In this document: positions 1-10,437 of the stretch, one piece after another
Numbering within the stretch: position 1 is the stretch's first letter
Layout: each line of letters starts with the position of its first letter
Assembly: GCA_963780225.1 (NCBI GenBank)
Contig: CAWAAX010000010.1
Span: 1-54,919, forward strand
Length of the DNA stretch: 54,919 bases
Direction of reading: 5' to 3'
From: an uncultured bacterium
GTDB taxonomy: Bacteria > Edwardsbacteria > AC1 > EtOH8
Notes under the pieces: generated by a model
What the model was told of the DNA's origin: nothing
What the model saw: the letters and a program-made list of their open reading frames with translations, nothing else
Databases searched by the model: none
Position numbers and translations under genes: made by a program

Positions 1-36
1 AGGCGGGGGGCTTTTAAATATTCGCAATGATAATAG

Positions 37-687
37 TTAGAATCCGCTGAGTTCCAGGGATGCGCCCAGCCCTAGGCCGGACATCTCAAGATCCACGAAA
101 GTGTTGGAATCCTGGCTGCGGGAGACAGTATTCCCGTTATAGAACGCTCCCAAGGTTAAGCCGCTGCGGGAACCAAGACTCATCCTGATGCCTCCGGCCA
201 ACCTCCAGCCAAATCCGGTATAGGTGCCGCTTTCAGGCCGGCTGGTATCCGGGATGTCGTAGGTGGTTTCGTTGTAATCATAGGAAACATTAGCAATACC
301 GTACCCTACCCGGCCCTCAATGAATGGCTTGATGCTGTAGGTAATGTCCACCGGCAGGGTGATGACCACCCCGGCGCTGATGGGAAAATATTTTACCGAG
401 TGATTGTACGCCACTTCACGGGTAGAAAGATTTACAATTGACGTTGTATCCAGGTCTACCGTGGTGCTCAGTTCCTTGGTGAAGGTCTTGTTCATGAAAT
501 CCAGCTGGATGTTGGCCATCACCATCGCGTCCACCCGCTGGCCGGCTCCCAGGGAGAACAGCACAGCGCCGCTCCCTTCCACCCCGGTGGGGTTGAACCA
601 GGCCGCCCCGCCATTGATGGTCATGGCATTGGCTCCGGCCGCCAGGGCTAGGATCAGGGCCGTCATCAGTATCGTGTGCTTTTTCAT
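37..687 (-). CDS. Outer-membrane beta-barrel protein (small OMP-like)
   Basis: Signal peptide MKKHTILMTALILALAAGANA, alternating amphipathic strands, C-terminal Phe; ATG at 687 preferred over 717. Confidence 0.7.
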   Translation of the reverse strand: MKKHTILMTALILALAAGANAMTINGGAAWFNPTGVEGSGAVLFSLGAGQRVDAMVMANIQLDFMNKTFTKELSTTVDLDTTSIVNLSTREVAYNHSVKYFPISAGVVITLPVDITYSIKPFIEGRVGYGIANVSYDYNETTYDIPDTSRPESGTYTGFGWRLAGGIRMSLGSRSGLTLGAFYNGNTVSRSQDSNTFVDLEMSGLGLGASLELSGF

Positions 688-727
688 TCTATCACCTAAA
701 ACAGTTAGCGGTTTCATTCAGAATGGA

Positions 728-913
728 TCAGGCCAGGACTATGCAGGAGACCGGGCAGGCGTCCACGCAGGCTCCGCAGCTGGTGCAGGCCTCGGGTTTC
801 ACTAATTTGGCTTTGTCGCCGTCCATGTCCAAAGCGCTGACCGGGCAGGCGCCCACGCAGGCTCCGCAGCCGATGCAGGAATCAAGATCTATTTTGGGAA
901 GTTTTCCGGGCAT
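728..913 (-). CDS. 2x[4Fe-4S] ferredoxin
   Basis: Two CxxCxxCxxxCP motifs in 61 aa. Confidence 0.95.
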   Translation of the reverse strand: MPGKLPKIDLDSCIGCGACVGACPVSALDMDGDKAKLVKPEACTSCGACVDACPVSCIVLA

Positions 914-931
914 GTTGGTGTTTCCTTTCTT

Positions 932-1180
932 TTATTTTTTGGCTTTGGTTTTATTTGCTTTTTCCATCCGGGCGATGTCCTTCATGATCTCGGTCTTCTT
1001 GGCATTCAGCATCCGCTCGTGTTTCAGCTCCTCGGAGACCAGGGCCTTGAAGAGGGATTTGATGTCATACTCGTAGGAATAGGTGGCCTCTTTGGAATAG
1101 CGTTCCTGGGCCACCCGCTCGTATTTCATGGCCATCTCCAGGCTCTTTACCAGTTTTTTAGCCAGCTTCAGGTCTTCCAT
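932..1180 (-). CDS. Small ferritin-like/rubrerythrin-type helical protein
   Basis: AMKYE...Y...LF..L..EELKH pattern of one rubrerythrin helix pair; AGGAGAG RBS. Confidence 0.7.
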   Translation of the reverse strand: MEDLKLAKKLVKSLEMAMKYERVAQERYSKEATYSYEYDIKSLFKALVSEELKHERMLNAKKTEIMKDIARMEKANKTKAKK

Positions 1181-1226
1181 GGGTCTCTCCTTTTATGTTT
1201 TCTGTTTGTTCGCTGTTTGAAAAATA

Positions 1227-1255
1227 ATGATATCATAATTGTTGGATTTTGGCAA
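1227..1255 (-). promoter_or_regulatory. Sigma70-like promoter for the ferritin-like/ferredoxin/OMP genes
   Basis: TTGCCA-N17-TATCAT with extended -10 TG. Confidence 0.55.
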
Positions 1256-1283
1256 GAGTCTATAGCACAATGTTATTTTCAAT

Positions 1284-1375
1284 CAGACAGGATTAACATG
1301 ATTGACGGGATTCAAATATAAACTGGAGGCTTCAGTCCCCGTGTACTATGAAATAAATCCTGTAAATCCTGTCTG
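1284..1375. repeat. 9-bp-period inverted-repeat element (family A)
   Basis: CAGACAGGATTAACATGATT ... AATCCTGTAAATCCTGTC; both arms recur identically at 33899 and 34095. Confidence 0.8.
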
Positions 1376-1397
1376 GTAATGTCCCAGGGGTCCATCC

Positions 1398-2408
1398 TTA
1401 GAACAGTTTCAGCTCGCTCTCCCGTTCCCCGCCCGACTGGGCCTCGCTCTTGGCCAGGTAGATGTAACGGTCTATCAGGTTGACGTAATCGCTCCACCGC
1501 TTGTTCTGCAGTCCTTCCCGCTTGATGATCCGGGTAAAGGCCGCGGCGTGGGAGTCCATGTAGTCGCAGTGGTGGACGATCAGCGCCTCCAACGTGGAAG
1601 GCACCACCGGACTGCCCTTCTCCTTTTCGCCGTGATGGGCCAGGATCATGTGCCTTAAGCGTTTCTCCAATTCCTTGGGAAAATCCTTGACCTTGGGGAT
1701 CCGCTCCATCAACATCTGGTCGCCCAGCACCACGTGCCCCACCAGCCGCCCTTCGTCGGAATAGTCTATGAAGGTGGTAACGGCGAACTCCCGCATCTTG
1801 CCCATGTCGTGCAGCAGACAGCCGGTCAACAGCAGGTCGGCGTCCAGCAGCTGGTAGTTGTTGAGCGCGGCCCGGGCCAGCCGGCAGACCCCCAAAGTGT
1901 GCTCAGCCAGACCGCCCAGATGGGCGTGATGCCATAGCTTGGCGGCCGGGGCCGCCAGGAACTTGTCCAGGAAATCCGGATCGTCAAAAAATGTTTTCAG
2001 CAGTTTGGCCAGGGCCGGGTTCCTGACCGCAGCCATCTCCGCCCGGATCCCGGCCTCCAGCTCGGCCCTGGTCTTTTCCGAACCTGCCATGAAGTGCTCC
2101 AGCCGGTATTCTTCCGCGCCGGCCCGGCGGATGTTCTCCACCCGCAGCTGGGGATTGTCCTTGTATCTTCCGGCCAGGCCCTTGATCTGGACCACGTCAC
2201 CCTGGGATACTTCCTTGAAAGCCTTTTCGGCCTCGTTCCACATCACACCGTCGATCCGTCCGGTGGCGTCTCCCAGCTCCAGGTTAAGGTAGGCCTTGCC
2301 GTCCGATTCCTTGGTCTTCAGTTCTATCTTGCGCAGGGCGTAAAAATCTATCACTTCTTTTCCCGTGAAACTATCAGACCTGATGTCCCTGATGCATACC
2401 CGCTCCAT
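1398..2408 (-). CDS. yhaM: YhaM/Cbf1-like 3'-5' exonuclease (OB fold + HD domain)
   Basis: LGDATGRI OB region, PAAKLWHHAHLGGLAEH, LLHDMGK, ILAHHG. Confidence 0.85.
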   Translation of the reverse strand: MERVCIRDIRSDSFTGKEVIDFYALRKIELKTKESDGKAYLNLELGDATGRIDGVMWNEAEKAFKEVSQGDVVQIKGLAGRYKDNPQLRVENIRRAGAEEYRLEHFMAGSEKTRAELEAGIRAEMAAVRNPALAKLLKTFFDDPDFLDKFLAAPAAKLWHHAHLGGLAEHTLGVCRLARAALNNYQLLDADLLLTGCLLHDMGKMREFAVTTFIDYSDEGRLVGHVVLGDQMLMERIPKVKDFPKELEKRLRHMILAHHGEKEKGSPVVPSTLEALIVHHCDYMDSHAAAFTRIIKREGLQNKRWSDYVNLIDRYIYLAKSEAQSGGERESELKLF

Positions 2409-2435
2409 CAAACTCTCTCCGTAAATATTCAAGTA

Positions 2436-2464
2436 ATTGTATATTCAACCCGCCCAAAAGTCAA
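2436..2464 (-). promoter_or_regulatory. Sigma70-like promoter for yhaM
   Basis: TTGACT-N17-TACAAT. Confidence 0.6.
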
Positions 2465-2501
2465 TAAAAAAGGCCTGTACCTCAGTTCAAAGTAATATTT
2501 T

Positions 2502-2600
2502 ACCACAGAATGCACAAAGGGCACAAAATGTTTAAAATTTTAGGGATGGACTCTGTGCCTCTGTGTCACTTCGGCTGGCTCAGTGCATCGCTCCGTGGCA
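2502..2600. repeat. 9-bp-period inverted-repeat element (CCACAGAA/CTCTGTG family) with nested 24-bp hairpin
   Basis: ACCACAGAATGCACAAAGGGCACAAAA ... CTCTGTGCCTCTGTGT[CACTTCGGCTGGCTCAGTGCATCG]CTCCGTGGC. Confidence 0.65.
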
Positions 2601-2616
2601 TGATGGGATCTCTGTT

Positions 2617-3885
2617 TCAGGCCCGCACCACCGGGACGTCCGCCCAGTTTGTGGTATAGCGGGGCGAGAGCTTCTTCTGGTTCATCTTCCAGGGCCGTTC
2701 TATGCCGGCGGCGGCGTACTTGACCATGCCCCGGCCCAGCCTGATGTTGACGGCGTCCACCGCCTGCATGACCCGGTATTCCCCCGGGCTTTCCCGGCAG
2801 GATGCCAGCAGGTCCGTCTGCACGATGTCCCTCGGCCCGATGCCCGAAAGCAGCACCCCGGCCCGTTTGTAGGAATAGCCCGGCTTGAAGATGCTTTTAA
2901 GACCCCGGCCGGCCAGTTCCAGCAGGCGGGGAGTATAATCGGTGGGTTCGGGCAGGCTCAAAGTGACGGAGTTGGAGTACTGGGGCTCGTCCCGAAAGCT
3001 GTTGCTGGCTATGAAAACCGTCAGCAGTGAGGCCTTTGATCTTTGTTTTCTCAGCTTTTCGGCGCACATGGCGGTGAACTCGGCCGCCGCCTGCTCCAGT
3101 TCCTCTTTGGCGTGGACGTCCCGGCCAAAGGAGCGCGAGGTCATGATGCACTGCTTGGGCGGCGGGGTCTCCTGTCCCTCGATGCAGGGATGGCCCCGCA
3201 GTTCCTCCACCGTGCGCAGGCCCGTCACCGTCATGTGCTTTCTGACCCAGTTGTCATCGGCGTCCCGCAGTTGCAGGGCATTCCGGATGCCGTGACGGTT
3301 AAGGGTATTTGAGTACTTTCGGCCCACCCCCCAGATGTCTTTGACCTCGGTCTTTTCCAGAAAACCGTCCAGCCGGGGATGGTCCGTCAGGTCCAGCACT
3401 CCGTCAAGGACGGGGCCCTTCTTGGCGAAACGGTTGGCCAGCTTGGCCAGGGTCTTGGTGGGGCCGATGCCGATGGAGACCGGGATGCCGGTCCACTGTT
3501 TTACCACGTTACGGATGTTCCGGCAGTAATTTTCCCGGTCGATGTTCATCCCGGCCAGCGACAGGAAGGCCTCGTCGATGGAATAGATCTCCATCTCCGG
3601 CGTGAACTGCCGCAGGGTGGACATCACCCGGCTGGAGAGGTCGCCGTACAGGGTGAAGTTGGCCGAGAACACCGCCACATCATGCTGCTCGATAATGGCC
3701 TGATATTTGAAGACCGGCTCGAACCCGGAAATGCCCAAGGCCTTGGCCTCGGCGGTCCGGGCGATGACGCAGCCGTCGTTGTTGGACAGCACTATCACCG
3801 GCCGGCCCTCCAGCGAAGGTTTGAACACCTTCTCACAGGAGGCGTAAAAGCTGTTGCAGTCAGCCAGGGCGAATATTTGTCTCAT
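2617..3885 (-). CDS. umuC: Y-family DNA polymerase V catalytic subunit
   Basis: [29 protein letters not shown]-terminal LSPRYTTNW. Confidence 0.95.
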   Translation of the reverse strand: MRQIFALADCNSFYASCEKVFKPSLEGRPVIVLSNNDGCVIARTAEAKALGISGFEPVFKYQAIIEQHDVAVFSANFTLYGDLSSRVMSTLRQFTPEMEIYSIDEAFLSLAGMNIDRENYCRNIRNVVKQWTGIPVSIGIGPTKTLAKLANRFAKKGPVLDGVLDLTDHPRLDGFLEKTEVKDIWGVGRKYSNTLNRHGIRNALQLRDADDNWVRKHMTVTGLRTVEELRGHPCIEGQETPPPKQCIMTSRSFGRDVHAKEELEQAAAEFTAMCAEKLRKQRSKASLLTVFIASNSFRDEPQYSNSVTLSLPEPTDYTPRLLELAGRGLKSIFKPGYSYKRAGVLLSGIGPRDIVQTDLLASCRESPGEYRVMQAVDAVNIRLGRGMVKYAAAGIERPWKMNQKKLSPRYTTNWADVPVVRA

Positions 3886-4046
3886 GACCGGCATAAGATA
3901 TCTTGATAACTGTTGAGGAAAATGAAAATTCCGTTAAACATGCCTTCTTTTCCCAGAAACTGAATCGCACTGATATTTCTTGCATTGGGCTTATGCCGGA
4001 TATCCAACAGTGTCTATCAGTGTCCGATTGTCCACCGCCGTGAATC

Positions 4047-4496
4047 CTACACCTTATGGATGACAAAAGTGACCACCCCCCAGATCTTCAGGTCGGCCAG
4101 GTCGTCCAGCTTCACTTCCGGGTAATCCGGGTTCTCCGAGGCCAGGTACATCCTTCCGTTCCTTTGGCGGAGCCGCTTCACCGTCAGCTCGCCGTCCAGG
4201 GCCGCCACCACTATCTTCCTGTCGCCCGGTTCCAGCGAACGGTCCACCAGCAGATGGTCGCCGGAATGGATGCCTGCCCCGGTCATGGAATTGCCCGAAA
4301 CCTTGACGATGAAGGTGGCGGCCGGATTCTTGATCAGGTGTTCGTTCAGGTCCAGCTTCTTTTCCACAAAATCGTCGGCCGGCGAGGGGAAACCGGCCGG
4401 GATCCGGGAGCTGTAGACCGGCAATGCCACCCGGCCTTTTTTCTCCGGGCGGTAGATACCGGTGACAACGGTATGCGGTTTTTTGGAGACTGGCAT
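4047..4496 (-). CDS. umuD: DNA polymerase V accessory subunit (S24 autopeptidase)
   Basis: AGFPSPA cleavage site, SGNSM Ser, TVKRL Lys; upstream of umuC. Confidence 0.95.
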   Translation of the reverse strand: MPVSKKPHTVVTGIYRPEKKGRVALPVYSSRIPAGFPSPADDFVEKKLDLNEHLIKNPAATFIVKVSGNSMTGAGIHSGDHLLVDRSLEPGDRKIVVAALDGELTVKRLRQRNGRMYLASENPDYPEVKLDDLADLKIWGVVTFVIHKV

Positions 4497-4534
4497 TCTG
4501 GTTCCTTTCAATCCGCTGTTTTAATACCCTTCCC

Positions 4535-4682
4535 CCACGAAAGACACGAAACTACACGAAAACTATTTTAACTGCCACAGAAAGCACACAAACCGTAATA
4601 ACGTTACTACGTAACAACGTTAAACGTGTTTTTTGTGTGCTTTGTGCTTGGTTCGATTAACTCACCACATGTTTTGTGGTTA
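4535..4682. repeat. Composite 9-bp-period inverted repeat with nested TTCGA-N-CTCACC hairpin
   Basis: CCACGAAAGACACGAAACTACACGAA; CCACAGAAAGCACACAAA ... TTTGTGTGCTTTGTGC[TTGGTTCGATTAACTCACCACATG]TTTTGTGG. Confidence 0.65.
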
Positions 4683-4687
4683 AATGA

Positions 4688-4716
4688 ATAATATACCCAG
4701 TAGCAACCAAAGTCAA
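4688..4716 (-). promoter_or_regulatory. Sigma70-like promoter for umuDC
   Basis: TTGACT-N17-TATTAT. Confidence 0.6.
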
Positions 4717-4722
4717 CCCCCT

Positions 4723-4761
4723 AAAAAGCGATCAGGCCTTGGAAGACCCAAAGCCTGATCG
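4723..4761 (-). terminator. Intrinsic terminator after the asd-Yip1 genes
   Basis: CGATCAGGC/GCCTGATCG stem followed by a T tract on the minus strand. Confidence 0.65.
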
Positions 4762-4850
4762 AGTAGATCCTATTTGACTGCTTCAAAAATAATGTATTAC
4801 TTTAAGCACAACCATTAACTAATTTTATATTAACATATTACCATCGATGG

Positions 4851-5519
4851 TCACCCAGCCATCTTGGTCATTCCCTTAACGAAGCTTAAGACCAGTATCC
4901 ACACCGCCCAGGTGATAAAAACGGCCCAAAGCGACTTCTTTTGCTTGATCCCGGTGAATGCCGAATACCCTATGGCCATCACAGACAGCGTCCAGATGGC
5001 AAATATGTCCACCTGAGACAGAAGTCTGAAGAGGAACGTCTCCTCCATCTCCAGCGGCAGGATCAAGGCCAGCGAAGTATGCACTTTGGCTGTCTCCATG
5101 GCGAACATCAGCGGCACCTTCACCAGGCTCCCCGGAATGCTTATCATCCAGGCCCAGACCGTGGCCGCGAACATCTTAACAAAAGTGCTTTTGCCCCCCA
5201 GCATGGAGAACACTCCCCAAAAGACCAGCCCCACCGCCAGCCAGGCCAGGGGCAGGCCCAGAAACACATTCAGCAGGCTGAACAGCGGGTTTTGGATCCT
5301 CTCCTGGATCTGGGGCAGGCTTTCCGGCGGGATGTCCGGGTTTTGGGCGATCTGAGCCATTATTTCCGGCATCACGATGGGCCGGGTGATCAGGACAGCC
5401 GAAGCAGACACCACCAGGACAATTATCAGCGGGACCCACCACAGGGTCTTGGATCTAAGCTGTTCAAAGACCTCCGCCGGCCGGTAATAGATCCCAATCA
5501 GCTTCTGCCAGATGTTCAT
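4851..5519 (-). CDS. Yip1-family membrane protein
   Basis: YRPAEVFEQL start, about 5 hydrophobic segments, DIFAIW. Confidence 0.75.
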   Translation of the reverse strand: MNIWQKLIGIYYRPAEVFEQLRSKTLWWVPLIIVLVVSASAVLITRPIVMPEIMAQIAQNPDIPPESLPQIQERIQNPLFSLLNVFLGLPLAWLAVGLVFWGVFSMLGGKSTFVKMFAATVWAWMISIPGSLVKVPLMFAMETAKVHTSLALILPLEMEETFLFRLLSQVDIFAIWTLSVMAIGYSAFTGIKQKKSLWAVFITWAVWILVLSFVKGMTKMAG

Positions 5520-6527
5520 AGATTTCCTCCTTTATACAAAAGTTCTGCTATCTGCACCGCATTGGTGGCCGCGCCCTTGCGCAGGTTGTCGGCCGCCACC
5601 CACATCACGAAGGCCTGGGGGTCAAAGGGATCGGGCCGCAGCCGGCTGACGAACACCTCGTCCTTCCCGGCGATCTCCAGCGGAGTGTGATATGAGTCCT
5701 TGGAAAAGACCACCCCCGGTGTTTTGGCCAGCAGTTTTTCTACCGCTCCCAGCCCGGCCTTTTCCCTGATCTCGAAGTAGACCGACTCCGAATGCCCGGT
5801 ATCCACCGGTACCCGTACCGTGGTGGCATTAACGGCCAGCTTCTTATCGTGGAATATCTTCTGGGTCTCCTTGACCATCTTCCACTCTTCCCCGCTGAAG
5901 CCCATCTCTGAGAAATCTGATATCTGAGGGATCACGTTTTGGGCGATCTGCCGGGGAAAATTTCGAATTTTGAATTTTGAATTTTGAATTTTTTATTTGC
6001 TCTTCCAGAGTTTGCGTTCCCGCCCGCCCCGCACCGGACACCGCCTGATAGGTGGAGACCACTATTCGCTTAAGGCCGAGTTTCCGGTGGATCAGGTTAA
6101 GGGCTACCGCCATCTGGATGGTGGAACAGTTGGGATTGGCTATCAATCCCTTGTGTTTAAAGGCATCTCCGGGATTGACCTCCGGCACCACCAGGGGGAC
6201 TCGCGGATCCATCCGGTAATCCGAACCGTTGTCGATCACCACCGCCCCGGCCCTGATGGCGGCTTCGGAAAATATCCGGCTGGCGCCCTTCTCGCCTTCG
6301 GTGCCGGCAAAAAAGATCAGATCGCATCCCGGGAATTCTCCTGGATCGATCTCGTTCACCCGGCAGACTTTCCGCCCGAACAGCACTTTTTTTCCGGCCG
6401 ACCTGGCCGAGGCCCATAGTTTAAGTGTCCCGGACGGAAACCGGCGTTCGGCCAGGACCTGAATTATGCACTGCCCCACCAGCCCGGTGGCGCCCACCAA
6501 ACCTATGTTCACCCGCTTCCGGATCAT
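5516..6527 (-). pseudogene. asd: Aspartate-semialdehyde dehydrogenase, frameshifted near 5955-5992
   Basis: GATGLVG, LVVPEVN, IANPNCST in the 5' frame; FPRQIAQNVIPQI, RVPV..GHSE, DNLRKGAATNAVQIAE in the next frame. Confidence 0.9.
5965..5992. repeat. Tandem heptamer (GAATTTT)x4 inside asd
   Basis: Four perfect units plus a degenerate fifth, read directly. Confidence 0.95.
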
Positions 6528-6769
6528 AATTTAGGTTTGGTCAGGCTTTGGGCAATTGCCAAGATTGAGCAGTGGCCTACGCTTTTTTGTTCCTTTTGGT
6601 CTTTAGTTTCTTTGGCCGGCCCGCCTATGACAGCGTAAAAACGATCCGGCTCCTTACCCCCGCTGGTGAAGTCTTCCTGTTCCAGCCAAAAGGCACAGCG
6701 TTCCCTGATGCATTCGGCTTCTTCGGGCTTGCGGATGAATCGGATGGGACAGATCATCTGGTCCTCCAA
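6524..6769 (-). CDS. Small Cys-containing hypothetical protein
   Basis: CP...C...C..W...C; stop overlaps asd start (ATGA coupling). Confidence 0.65.
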   Translation of the reverse strand: MEDQMICPIRFIRKPEEAECIRERCAFWLEQEDFTSGGKEPDRFYAVIGGPAKETKDQKEQKSVGHCSILAIAQSLTKPKL

Positions 6770-6970
6770 TTTATTAGTTGGAAATAGACTGATTTACTTT
6801 TACCACGCTTGCGCGCCACCTCTTTCATCGGTGTAAACTCCACGCTACAGCGTGCAGGCACGGAAACAGGGAATTAAAGGAAGGAAAAACACTGCAAACA
6901 TAATATTTAACCAGTGATCCTCCGTGTTTTCGTGTATTTCAGTAATTCCGTGGTTAGTTCCAAAAAGGTG

Positions 6971-8176
6971 TCACCCTATGAAAGCCCGGTGCAGGGCCAG
7001 CAGGGCTTTTTCCAGGTCCCGGCGCTGGAGGAAACAGCTGATCCGGGTGTGGCTGGTGGCCATGGCCTGAACGTGGATCTTCTTTCCGGCCAGGGTTTTC
7101 AGCATCTTGGAGAGGATGGCCGTTTCGCCGCCCACCCCGCTGCCCACCAAAGATACCGCGCCGACATCCCGGTTTATCTGGCATTGGGCAGTCCCGGCGG
7201 TTTTGATGCTTTTTTCTATCACCGCTTTGGCGCCAGCCAGGTCGGCTTCATCCAGGATGAAGAATAGGTTTAGCGATCCTTCCTGGGCCTGCCCGTGAAA
7301 GAATGATTTGACCTGGATCCCGGCCTCGGCCATTTTGGTCAACAGCTGGGGCATGGCGCTGCTGCGGGCGGCCGGCAGTTTAACCGTGACCATGGCCAGG
7401 CTTTTATCGTGGACTATTGATCTTACTGTGATCCGTTCCATTTTGCTTCCTTTGCCTACTATTGTTCCCGGATGGTTGGAAAAACTGCTGCGGCAGTCTA
7501 TTGACATTCCGTATTTGGAGGCCAGTTCCACCGCCCGCACGTGCAGCACCTGGGCGCCGAAGGCCGCCATCTCCTCCATTTCATCAAATGAGATGCCGGG
7601 GATTTTCCTGGCCTGTTTGACGATCCGGGGATCGGCGCTGTATACTCCGTCCACGTCGCTGTATATCTGGCAGGACTTGGCGCCCAAGGTCACCGCCAGG
7701 GCCACCGCCGTGGTGTCCGAGCCGCCCCGGCCCAAAGTGGTGATCTCCCGGGCCAGGCTGACTCCCTGGAAACCGGCCACGATGGCTATCTTGCCGGCCT
7801 TGAGGGCATCCCTCAGCCGGTCGGCCTTGATCTCCAGGATCCGGGCCCGGTTGTGGCTGGAATCGGTGATGATGCCCACCTGGGAGCCGGTGAAGGAGAT
7901 GGCCTGCCCGCCCAGGTCGTGGATGGCCATGGAAAGGAGCGACATGGAGATCCGCTCCCCGGCCGTCAGCAGCATGTCCAGCTCCCGGCGGGGCGGATTG
8001 GCGGTTATCTGTCCGGCCAGGGTCAGCAATTCGTCGGTGGTGTCGGCCATGGCCGAGACGACTACAACGACCTGGTGCCCGCTTTTGGCGGTCTTGACGA
8101 TCCGCCTGGCCACGTTCTTGATGCGCTGGGCGTTGGCTACGGAACTGCCGCCGTATTTTTGAACGATGATAGACAT
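6971..8176 (-). CDS. lysC: Aspartate kinase
   Basis: [38 protein letters not shown]-terminal ACT domains. Confidence 0.97.
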   Translation of the reverse strand: MSIIVQKYGGSSVANAQRIKNVARRIVKTAKSGHQVVVVVSAMADTTDELLTLAGQITANPPRRELDMLLTAGERISMSLLSMAIHDLGGQAISFTGSQVGIITDSSHNRARILEIKADRLRDALKAGKIAIVAGFQGVSLAREITTLGRGGSDTTAVALAVTLGAKSCQIYSDVDGVYSADPRIVKQARKIPGISFDEMEEMAAFGAQVLHVRAVELASKYGMSIDCRSSFSNHPGTIVGKGSKMERITVRSIVHDKSLAMVTVKLPAARSSAMPQLLTKMAEAGIQVKSFFHGQAQEGSLNLFFILDEADLAGAKAVIEKSIKTAGTAQCQINRDVGAVSLVGSGVGGETAILSKMLKTLAGKKIHVQAMATSHTRISCFLQRRDLEKALLALHRAFIG

Positions 8177-8177
8177 G

Positions 8178-9245
8178 CTAATTATAACTAAACGTAGGCT
8201 GTAAATACTTTAATGCCCATCGGTTATCATCCCGATGGAAGCTCATAACATATTCGCACCCGCTAAAATCACCAACAAATACAACTACCAAAGCATTGGT
8301 CATCGTTCTGTCATATATAATTGACTTTATTGTCTGTTTATTAATTCCTGCGTGGTCATATGGTGTGCTTGGTATAAGTTGTAAAGCAATTTTAATACTT
8401 GTGTTGATGTCTTTATCAAAAGGGATGGCCGACGGATACGTCCCCTTGAAAATGATGATATCTGTTGCATTTTTGTCAATGCCTTGAATACGGTTTATGG
8501 CAGAAGGATCAGGATTTAATGCCAATGCATACAATATCTCAATAGGGATATGGCCAAGTTCTTTTTTACAGTAATTTAATATTTTGTCATAATCATTTGG
8601 TATTGGGCAGTTAAGAGACATTATGATAGACGAGTACCTAAAATGATCTTTCGGGGCCCAATATCTGCTCTCTTCGAGGACTTGATTTAATAGGTCTAAA
8701 TCGCCTAAGTACAAAAGATATTCTACCGCATTGCTTCGGGCATACCTGTTGGATATCGCTTTTAATACAGATTGTTTGACATGGTCATTTATTTTAAATA
8801 ATTCAAGAAACAATGAATCATGGTTAGTAAATTTTTTATTGGATATAAGAATCTTTAATACTGTAGAATCTAACTTCTCGCCGGTAATGTTAACTAATTT
8901 ATTTATATCAGCTACAGAATAATCATTACATAAAACATAGTCAAACAAACCAGGATTACTTCTATCAAATAAATATCCATACCCAGAGTCAGTGTCCATT
9001 TTATAATAGAACCACCACAGCATTAATTTATCTTTCTTTTCGATCGAAAAGAAACCCTTTGAATCTGTCTTTGTAACAAAGCCTGCATCATCTTTCCTTA
9101 GTTCTATCCTGATGGTTTTATTTGCTATTAGATTGCCAAATTGGTCATGCAGAATACCACTACATTTAAAAGCAAATGAAGCCTCGGCAATACATAATAC
9201 CGCAAGCAAAACCATAGCATAAACTATTTCTTTATATATCTTCAT
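8178..9245 (-). CDS. AT-rich exported hypothetical protein
   Basis: 355-aa ORF with signal peptide and visibly lower GC than its neighbours. Confidence 0.65.
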   Translation of the reverse strand: MKIYKEIVYAMVLLAVLCIAEASFAFKCSGILHDQFGNLIANKTIRIELRKDDAGFVTKTDSKGFFSIEKKDKLMLWWFYYKMDTDSGYGYLFDRSNPGLFDYVLCNDYSVADINKLVNITGEKLDSTVLKILISNKKFTNHDSLFLELFKINDHVKQSVLKAISNRYARSNAVEYLLYLGDLDLLNQVLEESRYWAPKDHFRYSSIIMSLNCPIPNDYDKILNYCKKELGHIPIEILYALALNPDPSAINRIQGIDKNATDIIIFKGTYPSAIPFDKDINTSIKIALQLIPSTPYDHAGINKQTIKSIIYDRTMTNALVVVFVGDFSGCEYVMSFHRDDNRWALKYLQPTFSYN

Positions 9246-9282
9246 AAAATTGACTTTGCCTTTTGCATTTTGAAGTGGTGCA

Positions 9283-10437
9283 TTAAAGAACCTTCCCGAT
9301 ACGCTCCACCGCTTCCGTCATTCTCTCCTTGGGAATGGTCAGCGCCATGCGCACAAAACCCTCTCCGTTCTTGCCGAATCCCACTCCCGGCACCACCATC
9401 ACCCCGGCCTTTTCCAGCAGGAGATCCGTGAACTGCAGGGAATCATATTTCTTCGGCGTCTTCAGCCACAGGTAGAACGTAGCCTGGGGCAGCTGGAACT
9501 CCAGTCCCAAACTCTTTAGACCGGCGGCCAGCACGTCCCTCCGTTCCTGGTAGACCCGGCAGTTATCTTTGATGCATTCCTGAGAACCCTCCAACGCCGC
9601 GATGGCGGCATACTGCACCGCCTGAAAAACCCCGGAATCGGAGTTAGTCTTGATCTGCATCAGGGCCTGCAGTATCTTCTGGTTGCCCACCGCCATCCCC
9701 ACCCGCCAGCCGGTCATGTTGTAGCTTTTGGACAGGGAGTGGAACTCCAGCGCCACCTCCTCCGCTCCCGGGACCTGGAGGATGCTGGGCGGCACCAGCC
9801 CGTCGAAGGCGATCTCGGAATAGATGCCGTCGTTCAGGATCATGATGTTGTGCTTAACGGCCCAGTCCACCAGCCTTTGGTAGAATTTGAGGTCGGCCAC
9901 AGCCGCGGTGGGATTGTTGGGATAGCACAGGAATATGGCCTTGATGCCCTGCACCGGGAGTTTGTCGATGTCCGGCAGGAACGAGTTCTCGGGCAAAAGC
10001 GGGAAATACACCGGCTCGGCTCCGGCCAGCATGGTCTGGACGGCGTAGACCGGATAGGCCGGATCCGGGCACAGCACCTTGTCGCCGGGACCGAACAGGG
10101 CCCAGGCCGCATGAGCCAGGCCGTCCTTGGCGCCCATCAGGCAGGCGATCTGGTCCTCGGCCGACAGTTTTACACCGAACCTGCTGCCGTACCATTTGGC
10201 CACGGATTGGCGGAACGAAGGCAGGCCCTCGTAAGATGGATAGCGATGGTTTTCGGGATTTGATGCCTGCTCCGTCATAGCCTTGATGATGTGGGGAGGC
10301 GTGGGCAGGTCGGGATCCCCCACCCCGAAATCTATGATGTCGGCGCCCTTGGCTTTAAGTTCGGCCTTCTTCTTGTTCAACCCGGCAAAAAGATAGGGCG
10401 GGATCTTGTCCAGCCGTTCGGCAAAATCAAATTTCAT
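9283..10437 (-). CDS. dapL: LL-diaminopimelate aminotransferase (class I/II PLP)
   Basis: IPPYLFA, GVGDPD, YPNNPT, SLSKSYNMTGWRVG; in a DAP gene cluster. Confidence 0.9.
   Translation of the reverse strand: MKFDFAERLDKIPPYLFAGLNKKKAELKAKGADIIDFGVGDPDLPTPPHIIKAMTEQASNPENHRYPSYEGLPSFRQSVAKWYGSRFGVKLSAEDQIACLMGAKDGLAHAAWALFGPGDKVLCPDPAYPVYAVQTMLAGAEPVYFPLLPENSFLPDIDKLPVQGIKAIFLCYPNNPTAAVADLKFYQRLVDWAVKHNIMILNDGIYSEIAFDGLVPPSILQVPGAEEVALEFHSLSKSYNMTGWRVGMAVGNQKILQALMQIKTNSDSGVFQAVQYAAIAALEGSQECIKDNCRVYQERRDVLAAGLKSLGLEFQLPQATFYLWLKTPKKYDSLQFTDLLLEKAGVMVVPGVGFGKNGEGFVRMALTIPKERMTEAVERIGKVL

Noticed and set aside
6780..6965. Possible lysine riboswitch near lysC/asd
   Set aside because: It lies downstream of lysC and is explained by nested repeats (CACGGAA/TCCGTG arms and a GCTACAGCGTGCAGG hairpin piece)
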